From an uncultured Candidatus Peregrinibacteria bacterium (lineage in GTDB: Bacteria; Patescibacteriota; Gracilibacteria; UBA1369; LOWO2-01-FULL-3): a stretch of 54,580 nt of DNA. How positions within the stretch are numbered: position 1 is the stretch's first letter; every line of letters starts with the position of its first letter. The position numbers were made by a program, and so were the translations under genes. Under the pieces are notes generated by a model, which saw only the letters and a program-made list of their open reading frames with translations, was not told where the DNA came from and did no database searches. Location of the stretch: contig CAINDQ010000093.1 in the NCBI GenBank assembly GCA_903847465.1, positions 1 to 54,580 on the forward strand, in the 5' to 3' direction. Shown piece after piece: positions 28,601-35,195 of this stretch.

Positions 28601-31600
28601 ATGCTTGGGTTATTTTCGGCGGCTTTGGTTAGGGGAAATTCTGATACGGATGTAGATGTTACTTTGCTTGATTTCAGCGACAGTGATTTTCAAGATCAAG
28701 AAATGATCGATTTTTTCGAGACTGAAAGTTTGTGGTCAGTTGGTGGTGTTTCACCTATTTCTGCAACATTGGAAGCTCCGATTCTTCATCTTGTTTTTGA
28801 TCAACCTGTGAGTTCTGACTCTACACTGCTATGGGATTTGTCAGATCCATTTGAGGTTGAGGGAGTATATGCTGGAGCGGTGATTCAAGGAAGTGATGAT
28901 CATGAATTTATTATCAATTTGGATTGGGACGGTTGGGCTGGAAATCCTATTGGTATCCAGTTTAACTATGGAGTTATATCTCCAAATGGCGACTCGTCCG
29001 ATGTATTTATTGAGGTCGCAGAGCCGGGAACTTACACTGTGTATGTTCCTCACTTAGAAGGAGAAACAAATGTTTCAATTTCACTATTTTCACAATCTGA
29101 TCCTGGTCTTGATGGTCCTGATATCGTTTGGTTCTACGGAGAGTCTCCTGAGATTTCCGGGAGCGGACCTACTACTCTGAATTTTGACATGGATGATCCT
29201 AGTTATATGCTTGGGAGATTTTCGGCGGCTTTGGTTGAGGGAAATTCTGATACGAATGTAGATGTCACTTTGATTGATTTTAAGGAAGAAGACTTTCAGG
29301 ATCAGAGAATGATTGATTGGCTTGAAACTGAAAGTATATGGGCAGTTGATGGGGTTTCACCTATTTCTGCAGCATTGGAAGCTCCGATTATTCATCTTGT
29401 TTTTGCTCAACCCGTGAGTTCTGACTCTACACTGCTATGGGATTTGTCAGATCGATTTGAGATTGAGGGAGTATATGCAGGAGCGGTGATCCAAGGAAGC
29501 GATGCTCATGAATTTACTATTAATTTAGATTGGGAAGGATGGACTGGAGCTCCGATAACTATCGGATTTGCATATGGAAACGCTTCGGCGCCTGATGCAA
29601 AAGATCTGAATGGATTTATTGAGATTGCAGAGCCAGGAACATACACTATGTACGTTCCGCACGTAGAGGGTGAAACAAATATTACGATTCAGAGTGTTTC
29701 TTGGTCAAGTTTAGATCTCTTTAATGCAGATGAGTATGCGGATGTCGTTTGGTTTTACAATAGTGCCCCTGAAATTTCGGGCCCGGGACCAACAACGATA
29801 AATATGGACATGGATGTTCCTAGTTATATGATTGGAGTTATGTCGGCTGGATTGGTTGATGGAAATTCGGATGAAAACGTGGACGTTACTTTGCTCCTTT
29901 TTAGCGATGAGGATTTGCAAGATCAAGGTATGATAGATTTTTTTGAGACAGAAAGTTCATGGTTGGTTGATGATGTTTCGCCTGTGTCTGCAGTTTTGGA
30001 AGGAGACATTGTTCATTTGATTTTTGATCAGGCTGTGAATTCCGATTCCACCATTTTGCTAGATTTATCATCCTTGGTTGAAGCTCCGTTGTTTGCTGAA
30101 GCAGTGATTCAAGGAGATGGAAGCATTGCTTTTACCGATGCGAGTCTTGAAACATGTGTAAGAAGTGCTTTGGGTGGGGATTTCTGGGCGGATCAGGACA
30201 CTCCGATTACGGAGGATGACGCTTTGGACCTTACCATGCTTACTTGCGAGAGCGACTCTATTTCTGACCTAACCGGGTTGGAATATTTTACAAATTTAAC
30301 TTATTTAGATCTTCTTGATAATTCAATTAGCGACCTAAGTCCTTTGAGTGGATTGGATTCTTTAACTAATTTAAATCTTGGTTGGAATTCAATTAGCAAT
30401 ATTGGCCCTTTGAGCAATCTTGATTCTTTGGCCTATTTAACTATTCATGCCAACTCAATCAGCGACATCAGTCCTTTGAGCGGGATGACTGCTTTGGAAG
30501 GCCTATACATTGGCGCAAATTCTATTAGCGACATCAGTGTTTTGAGCGGATTAACTGCCTTGAGATATGCATATCTTTACAGCAATTCAATTAGCGATAT
30601 TGAACCTTTGGTTCAGAACGCTGGACTGACTGATGGAGACTCAATCTACTTGAGTGGAAATCCGTTGAGCGACGAATCTTTCACCTTTATTGCAACACTT
30701 ATGGAACGTGGCGTTAACGTTGATTATGATGTGCCAACTTGTACTTCGTTCACATATAGCGATTGGAGTACGTGTGTGGATAAAACAAAAACTAGAACCG
30801 TTTCGACTTCGAGTCCGGAAGGATGTACGGGAGGAACACCAGTTTTGGAAAGCACTTGTGGCGGGGGAGGACTTATTATTACTGATGTAGATCCTCCAGT
30901 GATTGATCCACCAATTGTTGATCCGCCAATTGTTATTCCGCCGATTGTTATTCCACCTGTCGTGGATCCACCTATTGTTATTCCACCTGTTGTTGATCCA
31001 CCAATCGTGATTCCACCTGTCGTTGATCCGCCAATTGTTGTTCCACCGGTCATTGATCCTCCGATTGTTGATCCACCAGTTGAACCGCCGGCTGTTATTG
31101 ATCCATCAATTGTTATTCCTCCTCCATCTCCATATATCCCAAATTTCACAGTCAACGATATCGTAGAAATATATCACAGCGGTTCTTATGGCAATATATT
31201 CTTGAAGTTGGTTGTTGATGACAAAAAGGATTGTTTGGGAGATAAAGCGATGAACTGTTTGGAGAAAATTTATGGAGTTACTCAATCTCAAGAAAGTGAA
31301 ATTGGTGATGCAGTTGTTTTTGGAAAACAACCTGGAGAAATTATCACGACACCTAGACTCGTAAACCTAAAAGGAATCGTTGGAAGCAATCCGGTGATTC
31401 TGGCGGTATCCGCGCCGAATGACAAACTTTTTGTGAGGATTAATACCGTTCCAATGATGACCATTCAAGGTTATTCCGACGCAGAGGGAAAAGCTGTTAT
31501 GGGCTTAACACAGCCACTAAGGAGTGGTGATTATTCTGCCGAAATATATGCTGTCCGAAAAGGTGTGGCAGTACTTGGGAACAAAACAAATTTCACGGTT

Positions 31601-32026
31601 GATCAACAAGTTGATAACGAATTCTATATTTCCAACATGGTTGTTACAGAAGAAGATGCTCACGCTCCATATGCTGGAGAACCTGGGGAATTCGTGGCAT
31701 TTATCTTAAGTTACGTTGAGAAATTTGAACCAAAATTCATTGCTCTAGACTATATCGAATTCACAAAAACAGGTGGAAAAGTTTACGTGGTTACAGGAAA
31801 TGTTGATCAAACTCAAGGCAGTGAAAACGCTATCGTATATCTTGCATTCAAGAGTGTGACATTTGGTTCTGCGGTAATCTCGGATGCTGGACAAAAAGGT
31901 GCATTCAGAATGGTTGTTCCGAAAGGACTTGGAGCCAGTTCTCACACTTTGACGGCTTATGCTTTCAATCCAAAAACAAACGTTTCTACCAGTGCAAAGA
32001 AGGCGGCGTTTGTGATCAAGAAATAG
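19607..32026 (+). CDS. giant leucine-rich-repeat surface protein (4139 aa)
   Basis: Uninterrupted 12.4-kb ORF. The signal peptide is nearly identical to that of the previous gene.
- Eight LRR blocks, each opened by an F-A-D-A-N-L-E-A-C-V-R cap, start at ~19715, 21125, 22610, 23505, 24440, 25460, 27280 and 30138.
- Five Myxococcus-type Cys-rich repeats (C-G-N...C-D-D-G-N-N-x-x-G-D-G-C-S-x-x-C-Q) lie at ~20400, 22365, 23405, 24362 and 25382.
- C-T-x-P-D-A-E-N-Y-D-P-S-A-D-T-D-D-G-S-C mini-repeats are present.
- Five copies of a ~200-aa unknown domain are present.
- A DPPIV stalk and a shared C-terminal domain close the protein. Confidence 0.9.
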   Translation: MRFRNVVSKIIIIALVLTMLPTGTVFAADITSEITNASLLACVRTALTISEPTPITDNDAAALTSLDCSGLGITSAAGIEYFTGLTSLDLNGNQLTTINLSTNTALEILDLGANNLSTIDLSLNTALTDLTLYQQGNLTAISLSTNTALTSVNLANNFLTTIDVSDNTALTSLALQGNDLTTIDVLLNTSLSYLDISGNNITDISSLVANAGITGSGDTIDVRNNPLNLTSFADIGTLSGRGVNVTYNTYCGNNNVEYWNDWSEQCDDGNNTSGDGCSDTCQNEGGGMPPEWNVDGADDHEIIVNVSFPEWTQYPILVAGWYGDATDGAPDGYVAISSPGTAHIYVPHVEGQTTVMISALWWNSPTIGGNPARMGSYATPISIAGNGPDTIDVTLNETGGSGSNLTDAWVDDEAGSTTFYALFDGNSIPGGDLSSYITIQNRAGTVLSAFLQSNPIEYNGTTYTDQVVVGTYSETVVPGDVLLVDGQPDTGIVYYGGAGPTDIVFADANFEACVRGNFGIDEFTAVTDVDAETLTSLSCGEMGITDATGIEYFTNLTYLYMGANSLTTIDLSANTALEELNLAFNSLTTIDLSANTALESLFLDSNNLTSIDVSANTSLINLYLSNNALTTIDVSANTVLYFLFLNGNDLTSVNLSGATALNHLWLDSNALTTVDVSENTALTELWLQNNTLTAIDVSDNTALTELNLQNNALTTINVGENTALTDLNISDNTLTTIDVSANTVLYSLSLYSNNLTSINVSGATALRYLYLNDNAFTSIDVSGATTLTTLVLNDNALTSITAGAALTTLYLESNNLTDASIVSGLTSLNNLTLANNSITDISDLSGLTSLESLALNNNSISDIEPLLGNAGIGSNDYVDFSGNPLDSVLADLYILAGRGVFVTYDWVCSNELVEWPETCDDGNNTDWDGCSATCQIEGCTDGSADNFDPSAVVDNGTCLFPDPPEDIWGCTDSGAENWDPSANMDDASCTYPPTPVEITFTDANLEACVRTALEIPTDPITDEDALTLESLDCSPPDDSTPEFPITDLTGLEYFTNLTGLDLGYNSISDLGPLSGLTNLTSLNLFYNYSIGDISDLSGLTSLTSLDIGDNSISDLSPLSGLTSLTYLVASGNYIADWDPLSDLTSLTYLDLQASQISDLGPLSSLTSLTQLNLYNDGVSDLTPLIGLTSLGYLELGRNYVSDVGPLVDNVGFGAGDNISLTNNPLNLASLVDIGILGSRDVYVGYDWVCGNSVIDVEEDESVGFETCDDGNNDDGDGCSAICQIEEGGGDPDPVEITFVDENFEACVRDALDIPTDPITENDAAALTDLNCSNSGITSTAGLEYFTGLTSLNLESNALTTLDVSANTALTYLHLEFNSLASLDVSQNTDLIYLDLYGNALTSIDVSANTALDYLTLSANALTEIDVSQNTALSALWLNYNDLTEIDVSHNTALQHLSLFHNELTSIDVSANTALDYLDLSNNALTEIDVSNNTALDTLVLNSSNLTTIDVSVNTDLRELYLNNNNITDIGSLVANAGITGSGDFVYLNGNSFNLTSLADINTLIARDVHVNYDQVCGDEVVQEPETCDDGNNTNGDDCSAICQVEVEIEFADANLEACVRTALEIPTDPIMDTTVLGRTTLSCNGRSISDLTGLEYFVDLDTLDLSNNTITDVSPLSGLTTLVDLYLDGNSISNADALSGLTSLYNLSLYDNSISSIGDWSGLNSLHYLNVRNNSISDISNLASLTTLTELGIGYNSISNISVLSGLTDLTNLEASNNSIIDVHPLSGLHLTTLHLNNNSIVSVYPLSAMTSLTFLNLSDNFINSTNDFRWLFNLTYLNLGDNAIRNVSSLEWLTNLNTLQLPNNLISDITPLVSNAGIGTGDTVTLIGNSLNLASVAHVGTLVGRGATVPYNYVCGNSAVEGTETCDDGNNTSGDGCSSTCQTEVEITFADANFEACVRDALEIASPTPITNSDAVTLTSLSCSTAEINSADEIEYFTDLDTLELGWNNLTSIDVSHNTALTDLELYDNHLTSIDVSANTALTDLNIGWNDLTSVDLSHNTALRYFDASGNTLTTIDVSANTSLLSLNLEYNTLTSIDVSANTALTYLELGINNLTSIDVSTNTNLDTLDLEENYLSTIDLSNNSVLRYLRLKENDLTTIDLSGGIALENLDLRDNDLTAIDVSTNTALTSLTLNGNSISDISSLGELMSLHTLFLDGNSITDIQPLVDNAGLGSGDGVGLSYNPLSDESINVLIPELEGRGVTVFYEVYGSPWEVPTGDDHEIILNVNWSEWVKGPISVMFYYGTAWGNGQPSGMATMGSPGTIHLYVPHVPGQEFVTPIAFWQGAHDSNLMGLTDPVSILDNGPTTVDINMGEYFTSTLVSGNSDNEIEARFFTDLPNDQETIDAFQNVNLWTVEGVSPLSVVIDGVRTIHFVFENDIVAGAILVMDDHVGGILSSTIQAGEIPDPILGCTNPDAENYDPSADTDDGSCTFAPILGCTSPDAENYDPSADTDDGSCTYAPILGCTNPDAENYDPSADTDDGSCTFAPGPVEVVFADPNLEACARTILGIPEPTPITSTDAQSISAYFTCHNSVTDLTGMEYFTNLVNMDFNGNSISDLSPLAELTALTELHIVSNSITDISVLSGLPNLARLQIGNNLITDISPLAGLTHLYELNLSNCSPDETNNLISDISPLSGLTSLTNLGLCGVSVTDISPLAGLTSLLELELRANNISDITPLASLTDLRTLQLGGNQISNITPLAGLTHLTSLDIGQNSISNIGALSNLTSLTSLTLGWNSIVDISPLSGLTSLTNLQLNTNSIVNIGVLAGLTHLSNLTLDCNPLDAGSIALIGTLTGQGVTVDYDESLTGCGGGGDGGGDGGDDSADFSVPTGDDHVFTINLDWDDWAGNPIGILFTYGDVSSDGNSLDGFIEVAEPGTYTAYVPHVEGETNVSISLFSQSDPGLDGPDIVWFYGTSPSISGAGPTTLNLDMDTSSYMLGLFSAALVRGNSDTDVDVTLLDFSDSDFQDQEMIDFFETESLWSVGGVSPISATLEAPILHLVFDQPVSSDSTLLWDLSDPFEVEGVYAGAVIQGSDDHEFIINLDWDGWAGNPIGIQFNYGVISPNGDSSDVFIEVAEPGTYTVYVPHLEGETNVSISLFSQSDPGLDGPDIVWFYGESPEISGSGPTTLNFDMDDPSYMLGRFSAALVEGNSDTNVDVTLIDFKEEDFQDQRMIDWLETESIWAVDGVSPISAALEAPIIHLVFAQPVSSDSTLLWDLSDRFEIEGVYAGAVIQGSDAHEFTINLDWEGWTGAPITIGFAYGNASAPDAKDLNGFIEIAEPGTYTMYVPHVEGETNITIQSVSWSSLDLFNADEYADVVWFYNSAPEISGPGPTTINMDMDVPSYMIGVMSAGLVDGNSDENVDVTLLLFSDEDLQDQGMIDFFETESSWLVDDVSPVSAVLEGDIVHLIFDQAVNSDSTILLDLSSLVEAPLFAEAVIQGDGSIAFTDASLETCVRSALGGDFWADQDTPITEDDALDLTMLTCESDSISDLTGLEYFTNLTYLDLLDNSISDLSPLSGLDSLTNLNLGWNSISNIGPLSNLDSLAYLTIHANSISDISPLSGMTALEGLYIGANSISDISVLSGLTALRYAYLYSNSISDIEPLVQNAGLTDGDSIYLSGNPLSDESFTFIATLMERGVNVDYDVPTCTSFTYSDWSTCVDKTKTRTVSTSSPEGCTGGTPVLESTCGGGGLIITDVDPPVIDPPIVDPPIVIPPIVIPPVVDPPIVIPPVVDPPIVIPPVVDPPIVVPPVIDPPIVDPPVEPPAVIDPSIVIPPPSPYIPNFTVNDIVEIYHSGSYGNIFLKLVVDDKKDCLGDKAMNCLEKIYGVTQSQESEIGDAVVFGKQPGEIITTPRLVNLKGIVGSNPVILAVSAPNDKLFVRINTVPMMTIQGYSDAEGKAVMGLTQPLRSGDYSAEIYAVRKGVAVLGNKTNFTVDQQVDNEFYISNMVVTEEDAHAPYAGEPGEFVAFILSYVEKFEPKFIALDYIEFTKTGGKVYVVTGNVDQTQGSENAIVYLAFKSVTFGSAVISDAGQKGAFRMVVPKGLGASSHTLTAYAFNPKTNVSTSAKKAAFVIKK
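27011..27253 (+). repeat. near-perfect 81-bp x3 in-frame tandem repeat
   Basis: Units start at 27011, 27092 and 27173, exactly 81 nt apart. Each encodes P-I-L-G-C-T-N/S-P-D-A-E-N-Y-D-P-S-A-D-T-D-D-G-S-C-T-F/Y-A, with only a few substitutions between units. Confidence 0.95.
28289..30115 (+). repeat. three tandem ~606-bp (202-aa) repeats of an unknown domain
   Basis: The GATGATCAC/GATGATCAT/GATGCTCAT unit starts lie at 28289, 28895 and 29501, exactly 606 nt apart. Long stretches are almost identical between units 1 and 2, for example tcacaatctgatcctggtcttgatggtcctgatatcgtttggttcta. Confidence 0.9.
30889..31125 (+). repeat. in-frame 15-nt tandem repeat encoding (DPPIV/IPPIV/IPPVV)n
   Basis: GATCCACCAATTGTT-type units run from VDPPVIDPPIVDPPIVIPPIV... 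to ...IDPSIVIPPP. The position is analogous to the PPVVV repeat of the previous gene. Confidence 0.9.
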
Positions 32027-32089
32027 AGAGAGGATCGAATCGATCGACTGATGTTTTGCGCATGACCGCTACGGCTGTTATACTACGGT

Positions 32090-32902
32090 ATGGTTTTTAA
32101 CCTTATCATTATGCTTATTTTAAACAACCTAGATCCTGAACTTTTTAATTATGGAATTATTCATATCCGATGGTATGGATTATTTTTTCTAATTGGAATT
32201 ACGTTGTCGTACTTGATCACGAGATGGGCTTTCAAGAAAAATAAATTTCCTTTTGAAGATTTGGAAAGCATCGCTTTATACCTTTTTATTGGATTGATCG
32301 TTGGGGCGAGATTGGGACATGTTATTTTTTACGAACCACTTTATTATTTGCAAAATCCAAGCCAGCTTTTGGCGGTATGGAATGGCGGATTGTCCAGTCA
32401 TGGAGCCACTATTGGGCTTGTTTTGGCGTTTCTGCTTTGGTCTGCTATTCATAAAGTAAAATTCTCAAAATATGCAGATTTATTTGCATTAGGAATGCCT
32501 GTCGCGGCGATGTTCGTGAGAATTGGAAACTACTTTAATTCAGAAATATATGGGACGAAAACTGACGGACCTTTTGGTGTAGTTTTTGCCAGACTCGGCG
32601 AAGATTTTCCGAGACATCCGGCGCAATTGTACGAAGCCGATTTATTGTTGCTAACTTTTATTATTCTGTTTTTTGTTTACAAAAAATATTGGAAAAAATT
32701 GCCATCATTGTTTATCACTTTCTCTTTCATGTTCTTGTATTTCACGGGAAGATTTTTTATTGAATTTGTGAAAGACCTACACGGATTGCCAGCCGACTTT
32801 CCTTTATCTACAGGCCAAGTTTTGAGCATCCTGCCTGTGCTTTTAGCCATTGGTTATTTTCTTGTAATTATATGCAAAAGGCTACGCTGTTTAAAAAATT
32901 AG
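32090..32902 (+). CDS. lgt: prolipoprotein diacylglyceryl transferase
   Basis: Polytopic membrane protein with Lgt hallmarks: IHIRWYGLFF, GARLGHVIFYEP, WNGGLSSHGATIG, RIGNYFNSEIYG, HPAQLYEA. The start may instead be the internal Met at codon 8. Confidence 0.9.
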   Translation: MVFNLIIMLILNNLDPELFNYGIIHIRWYGLFFLIGITLSYLITRWAFKKNKFPFEDLESIALYLFIGLIVGARLGHVIFYEPLYYLQNPSQLLAVWNGGLSSHGATIGLVLAFLLWSAIHKVKFSKYADLFALGMPVAAMFVRIGNYFNSEIYGTKTDGPFGVVFARLGEDFPRHPAQLYEADLLLLTFIILFFVYKKYWKKLPSLFITFSFMFLYFTGRFFIEFVKDLHGLPADFPLSTGQVLSILPVLLAIGYFLVIICKRLRCLKN

Positions 32903-33948
32903 ACGAAGGTCGCGTGCAATGCACATGTTGTCAGAGATATTGTATTGTCGAAAAAGGGCGAAGGGGTTTTTGTGGTGTGAGAAAAAATATTGATGGAGAA
33001 TTATTCCTGAGCGTGCATGGAAAAGCGATTGCGGTAAACACAGATCCTGTTGAGAAAAAACCGCTGTATCATTTTCTTCCTGGAAGCAAAATATTTTCTT
33101 TTGGGACTTTGGGATGTAATTTTCGCTGTGCGTTTTGTCAGAATTGGAACATCTCCCAAGCGCCCGCAATGACAAAAGAAAAATACGGAAAGGGCGATGA
33201 AGGGGAAATCAGAATTGCTCAATTACTCGAAGATGGTCGTGAACTTTCTCCAAAACAAATCGTTGATTATTGCCTGAAGAATGAGATCCCTGCGATTGCC
33301 TACACTTACAATGAGCCAACAATTTTTTCTGAATATGCACATGACACTGGAGTGCTCGCGCGAAAAAATGGAATCAAAAATGTTTACGTTAGCAATGGTT
33401 ATGAATCGAAAGAATGTTTGAAATATATGAAAGAATTTTGTGATGCAATAAATATCGACATCAAGTCTTTCAACGAAGATTTTTACATGAACACTTGTGG
33501 CTGGGTGAAACTTGCCGGCATCAAAGAAACCATCAAAAGAAGCCGCGAAATTGGCTTCTGGCTCGAGTGCACGACGTTGGTTATTCCTGAAGAAAACGAT
33601 AGCGATGAAGAACTAAAATCAATCGCGAAATTTCTCGCAAAAATTTCCAAAGATATTCCGTGGCACGTGACTGCGTTCCATCCTGATTACAAAATGACAG
33701 ACAAAAAAGCCACTCCTGTTTCGACATTATTACGCGCATGGAAAATCGGCAAAGAGGCGGGATTGAAATACGTATATATTGGGAACGTTGGCGGCACAAA
33801 TCATGGCGATACTTTATGTCCAAAATGTGATAAAGTTTTGATCGAAAGGGGATATATGGATTGCCGAAAAAACGAGATAGTGGTGGGGAAAAGAGGGGAT
33901 GGAAAGTGCCCAGAATGTGGGACAAAAATTGCGGGAGTGTGGAAATAA
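32872..33948 (+). CDS. amrS: AmmeMemoRadiSam system radical SAM enzyme
   Basis: N-terminal Cys cluster VQCTCCQRYCIVEKGRRGFCGVR. Radical-SAM CxxxCxxC motif GCNFRCAFCQNW. C-terminal CPKC...CPEC. It overlaps the lgt 3' end by 31 nt. Confidence 0.85.
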   Translation: MQKATLFKKLDEGRVQCTCCQRYCIVEKGRRGFCGVRKNIDGELFLSVHGKAIAVNTDPVEKKPLYHFLPGSKIFSFGTLGCNFRCAFCQNWNISQAPAMTKEKYGKGDEGEIRIAQLLEDGRELSPKQIVDYCLKNEIPAIAYTYNEPTIFSEYAHDTGVLARKNGIKNVYVSNGYESKECLKYMKEFCDAINIDIKSFNEDFYMNTCGWVKLAGIKETIKRSREIGFWLECTTLVIPEENDSDEELKSIAKFLAKISKDIPWHVTAFHPDYKMTDKKATPVSTLLRAWKIGKEAGLKYVYIGNVGGTNHGDTLCPKCDKVLIERGYMDCRKNEIVVGKRGDGKCPECGTKIAGVWK

Positions 33949-33970
33949 TTTTCCGATTTTTTTACTTTTT
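33947..33970. repeat. AT-rich intergenic element, copy B (24-nt core)
   Basis: AATTTTCCGATTTTTTTACTTTTT is identical to the cores at 395-418 and 41795-41818. It starts inside the amrS stop codon and ends 12 nt before the next ATG. Confidence 0.85.
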
Positions 33971-33981
33971 AATTCTAAACT

Positions 33982-34368
33982 ATGACTCCAGCCACATTGT
34001 CACTCGTAAAAATACTTGGTGGATTTTTTGCTTACATTGTTATTTCTTTCTATTTAACTTACGACTTGGTCAAGAAGGGATACTCTCCTTTGAAAGTTGC
34101 CGGCAGATCTACTCTGATTTTTTCCTTTCCTTTGATTTTGTTTATATGTTTGCTTATGCTTGGCGGCCACGGAGGGGAATTGGCTGCGATGGCATTCGCT
34201 ATTCTGTTTTTTGGAACTATTATTTTTGTAATTGTTAATTTTCTTTTACAAATGCTTCTTGCTCGTTTTTTTACAGATAGACCTGAAGTGAAGTTCTTTA
34301 AAGTCTTTTTTGGAGTTTTAGGAACTTTCATTATGCTGACTCTAGTGGGCGCTTATTTTATTCGTTAG
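33982..34368 (+). CDS. hypothetical 4-TM membrane protein (128 aa)
   Basis: Four hydrophobic helices: ILGGFFAYIVISFYL, STLIFSFPLILFICLLML, AAMAFAILFFGTIIFVIVNFLL, FFGVLGTFIMLTLVGAYF. It lies between amrS and amrB on the same strand. I recognise no family. Confidence 0.65.
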   Translation: MTPATLSLVKILGGFFAYIVISFYLTYDLVKKGYSPLKVAGRSTLIFSFPLILFICLLMLGGHGGELAAMAFAILFFGTIIFVIVNFLLQMLLARFFTDRPEVKFFKVFFGVLGTFIMLTLVGAYFIR

Positions 34369-34380
34369 ACTTAAAAAATT

Positions 34381-35175
34381 ATGACAGTACGCAGACCTGC
34401 GGTCGCAAATCAATTTTATCCGGGAAATGCAATGATGCTGAAACAAGGCATGATGTCTTATTTGGAAAAAGCGAAACCAAAAATGCCGGATGGAAAAATA
34501 AAAGCAATTATTGTGCCACACGCAGGATATATTTATTCAGGATGGACGGCGGCTTATGCGTATAAATTATTGAAGACTTTAGACAGTGAAGTGACGTGGA
34601 AAATTTTATTACTTGGACCGTCGCATCACGTGCCTTTTTATGGAGCGGCGGCACCCGAGGAAGATCAGTGGCAGACACCTTTTGGGCTTGTAGATGTTGT
34701 GGATGTACGCACGGAACTCAGAGAAAGCGAGGAAATTATTGACGTGCCGAACGCAAATGCTGACGAACATTCTCTGGAAGTGCAGGTGCCTTTTTTGCAA
34801 ATGGTTTTGAAAAAATTTGTTTTGTATCCATTAGTTTTGGGTGGAATAAAACCATCTTTGTTAGCAAAAGAATTGGAAGAATTTGTAAAACAGCCGAACG
34901 TAATTGTGGTCGCGAGTAGCGACCTTAGTCATTTTTTTGATTACTCAAAAGCAAAAAGAATTGATATGGAAACTAGCCGCGCGATTTGTGATTTGGACAT
35001 TATGAGTATGACTGAAATGGGAGATGCCTGCGGAAAAATGGGCATACTCACTGCTATGCATTTGGCAAAAACCAATTCTTGGAAATGTGAAATGTTAAAT
35101 TACAAAAACAGTGGCGACACTGCCGGCGACATGAGTAGTGTGGTTGGATACGGCTCGTATGTGATGTATGAATAA
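34381..35175 (+). CDS. amrB: AmmeMemoRadiSam system protein B (MEMO1 family)
   Basis: RRPAVANQFYPGN at the N-terminus, then IIVPHAGYIYSGWTAAYAY, LGPSHH and HSLEVQVPFLQ. These are typical Memo-like motifs. Confidence 0.85.
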   Translation: MTVRRPAVANQFYPGNAMMLKQGMMSYLEKAKPKMPDGKIKAIIVPHAGYIYSGWTAAYAYKLLKTLDSEVTWKILLLGPSHHVPFYGAAAPEEDQWQTPFGLVDVVDVRTELRESEEIIDVPNANADEHSLEVQVPFLQMVLKKFVLYPLVLGGIKPSLLAKELEEFVKQPNVIVVASSDLSHFFDYSKAKRIDMETSRAICDLDIMSMTEMGDACGKMGILTAMHLAKTNSWKCEMLNYKNSGDTAGDMSSVVGYGSYVMYE

Positions 35176-35195
35176 TTCACCACGGACCAAAAAAA

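Noticed and set aside
18060-32026. Diversity-generating retroelement targeting the shared C-terminal domains
   Set aside because: There is no reverse transcriptase ORF. There is no template/variable repeat pair with adenine-specific differences. The two C-terminal copies differ by ordinary substitutions at all base types.
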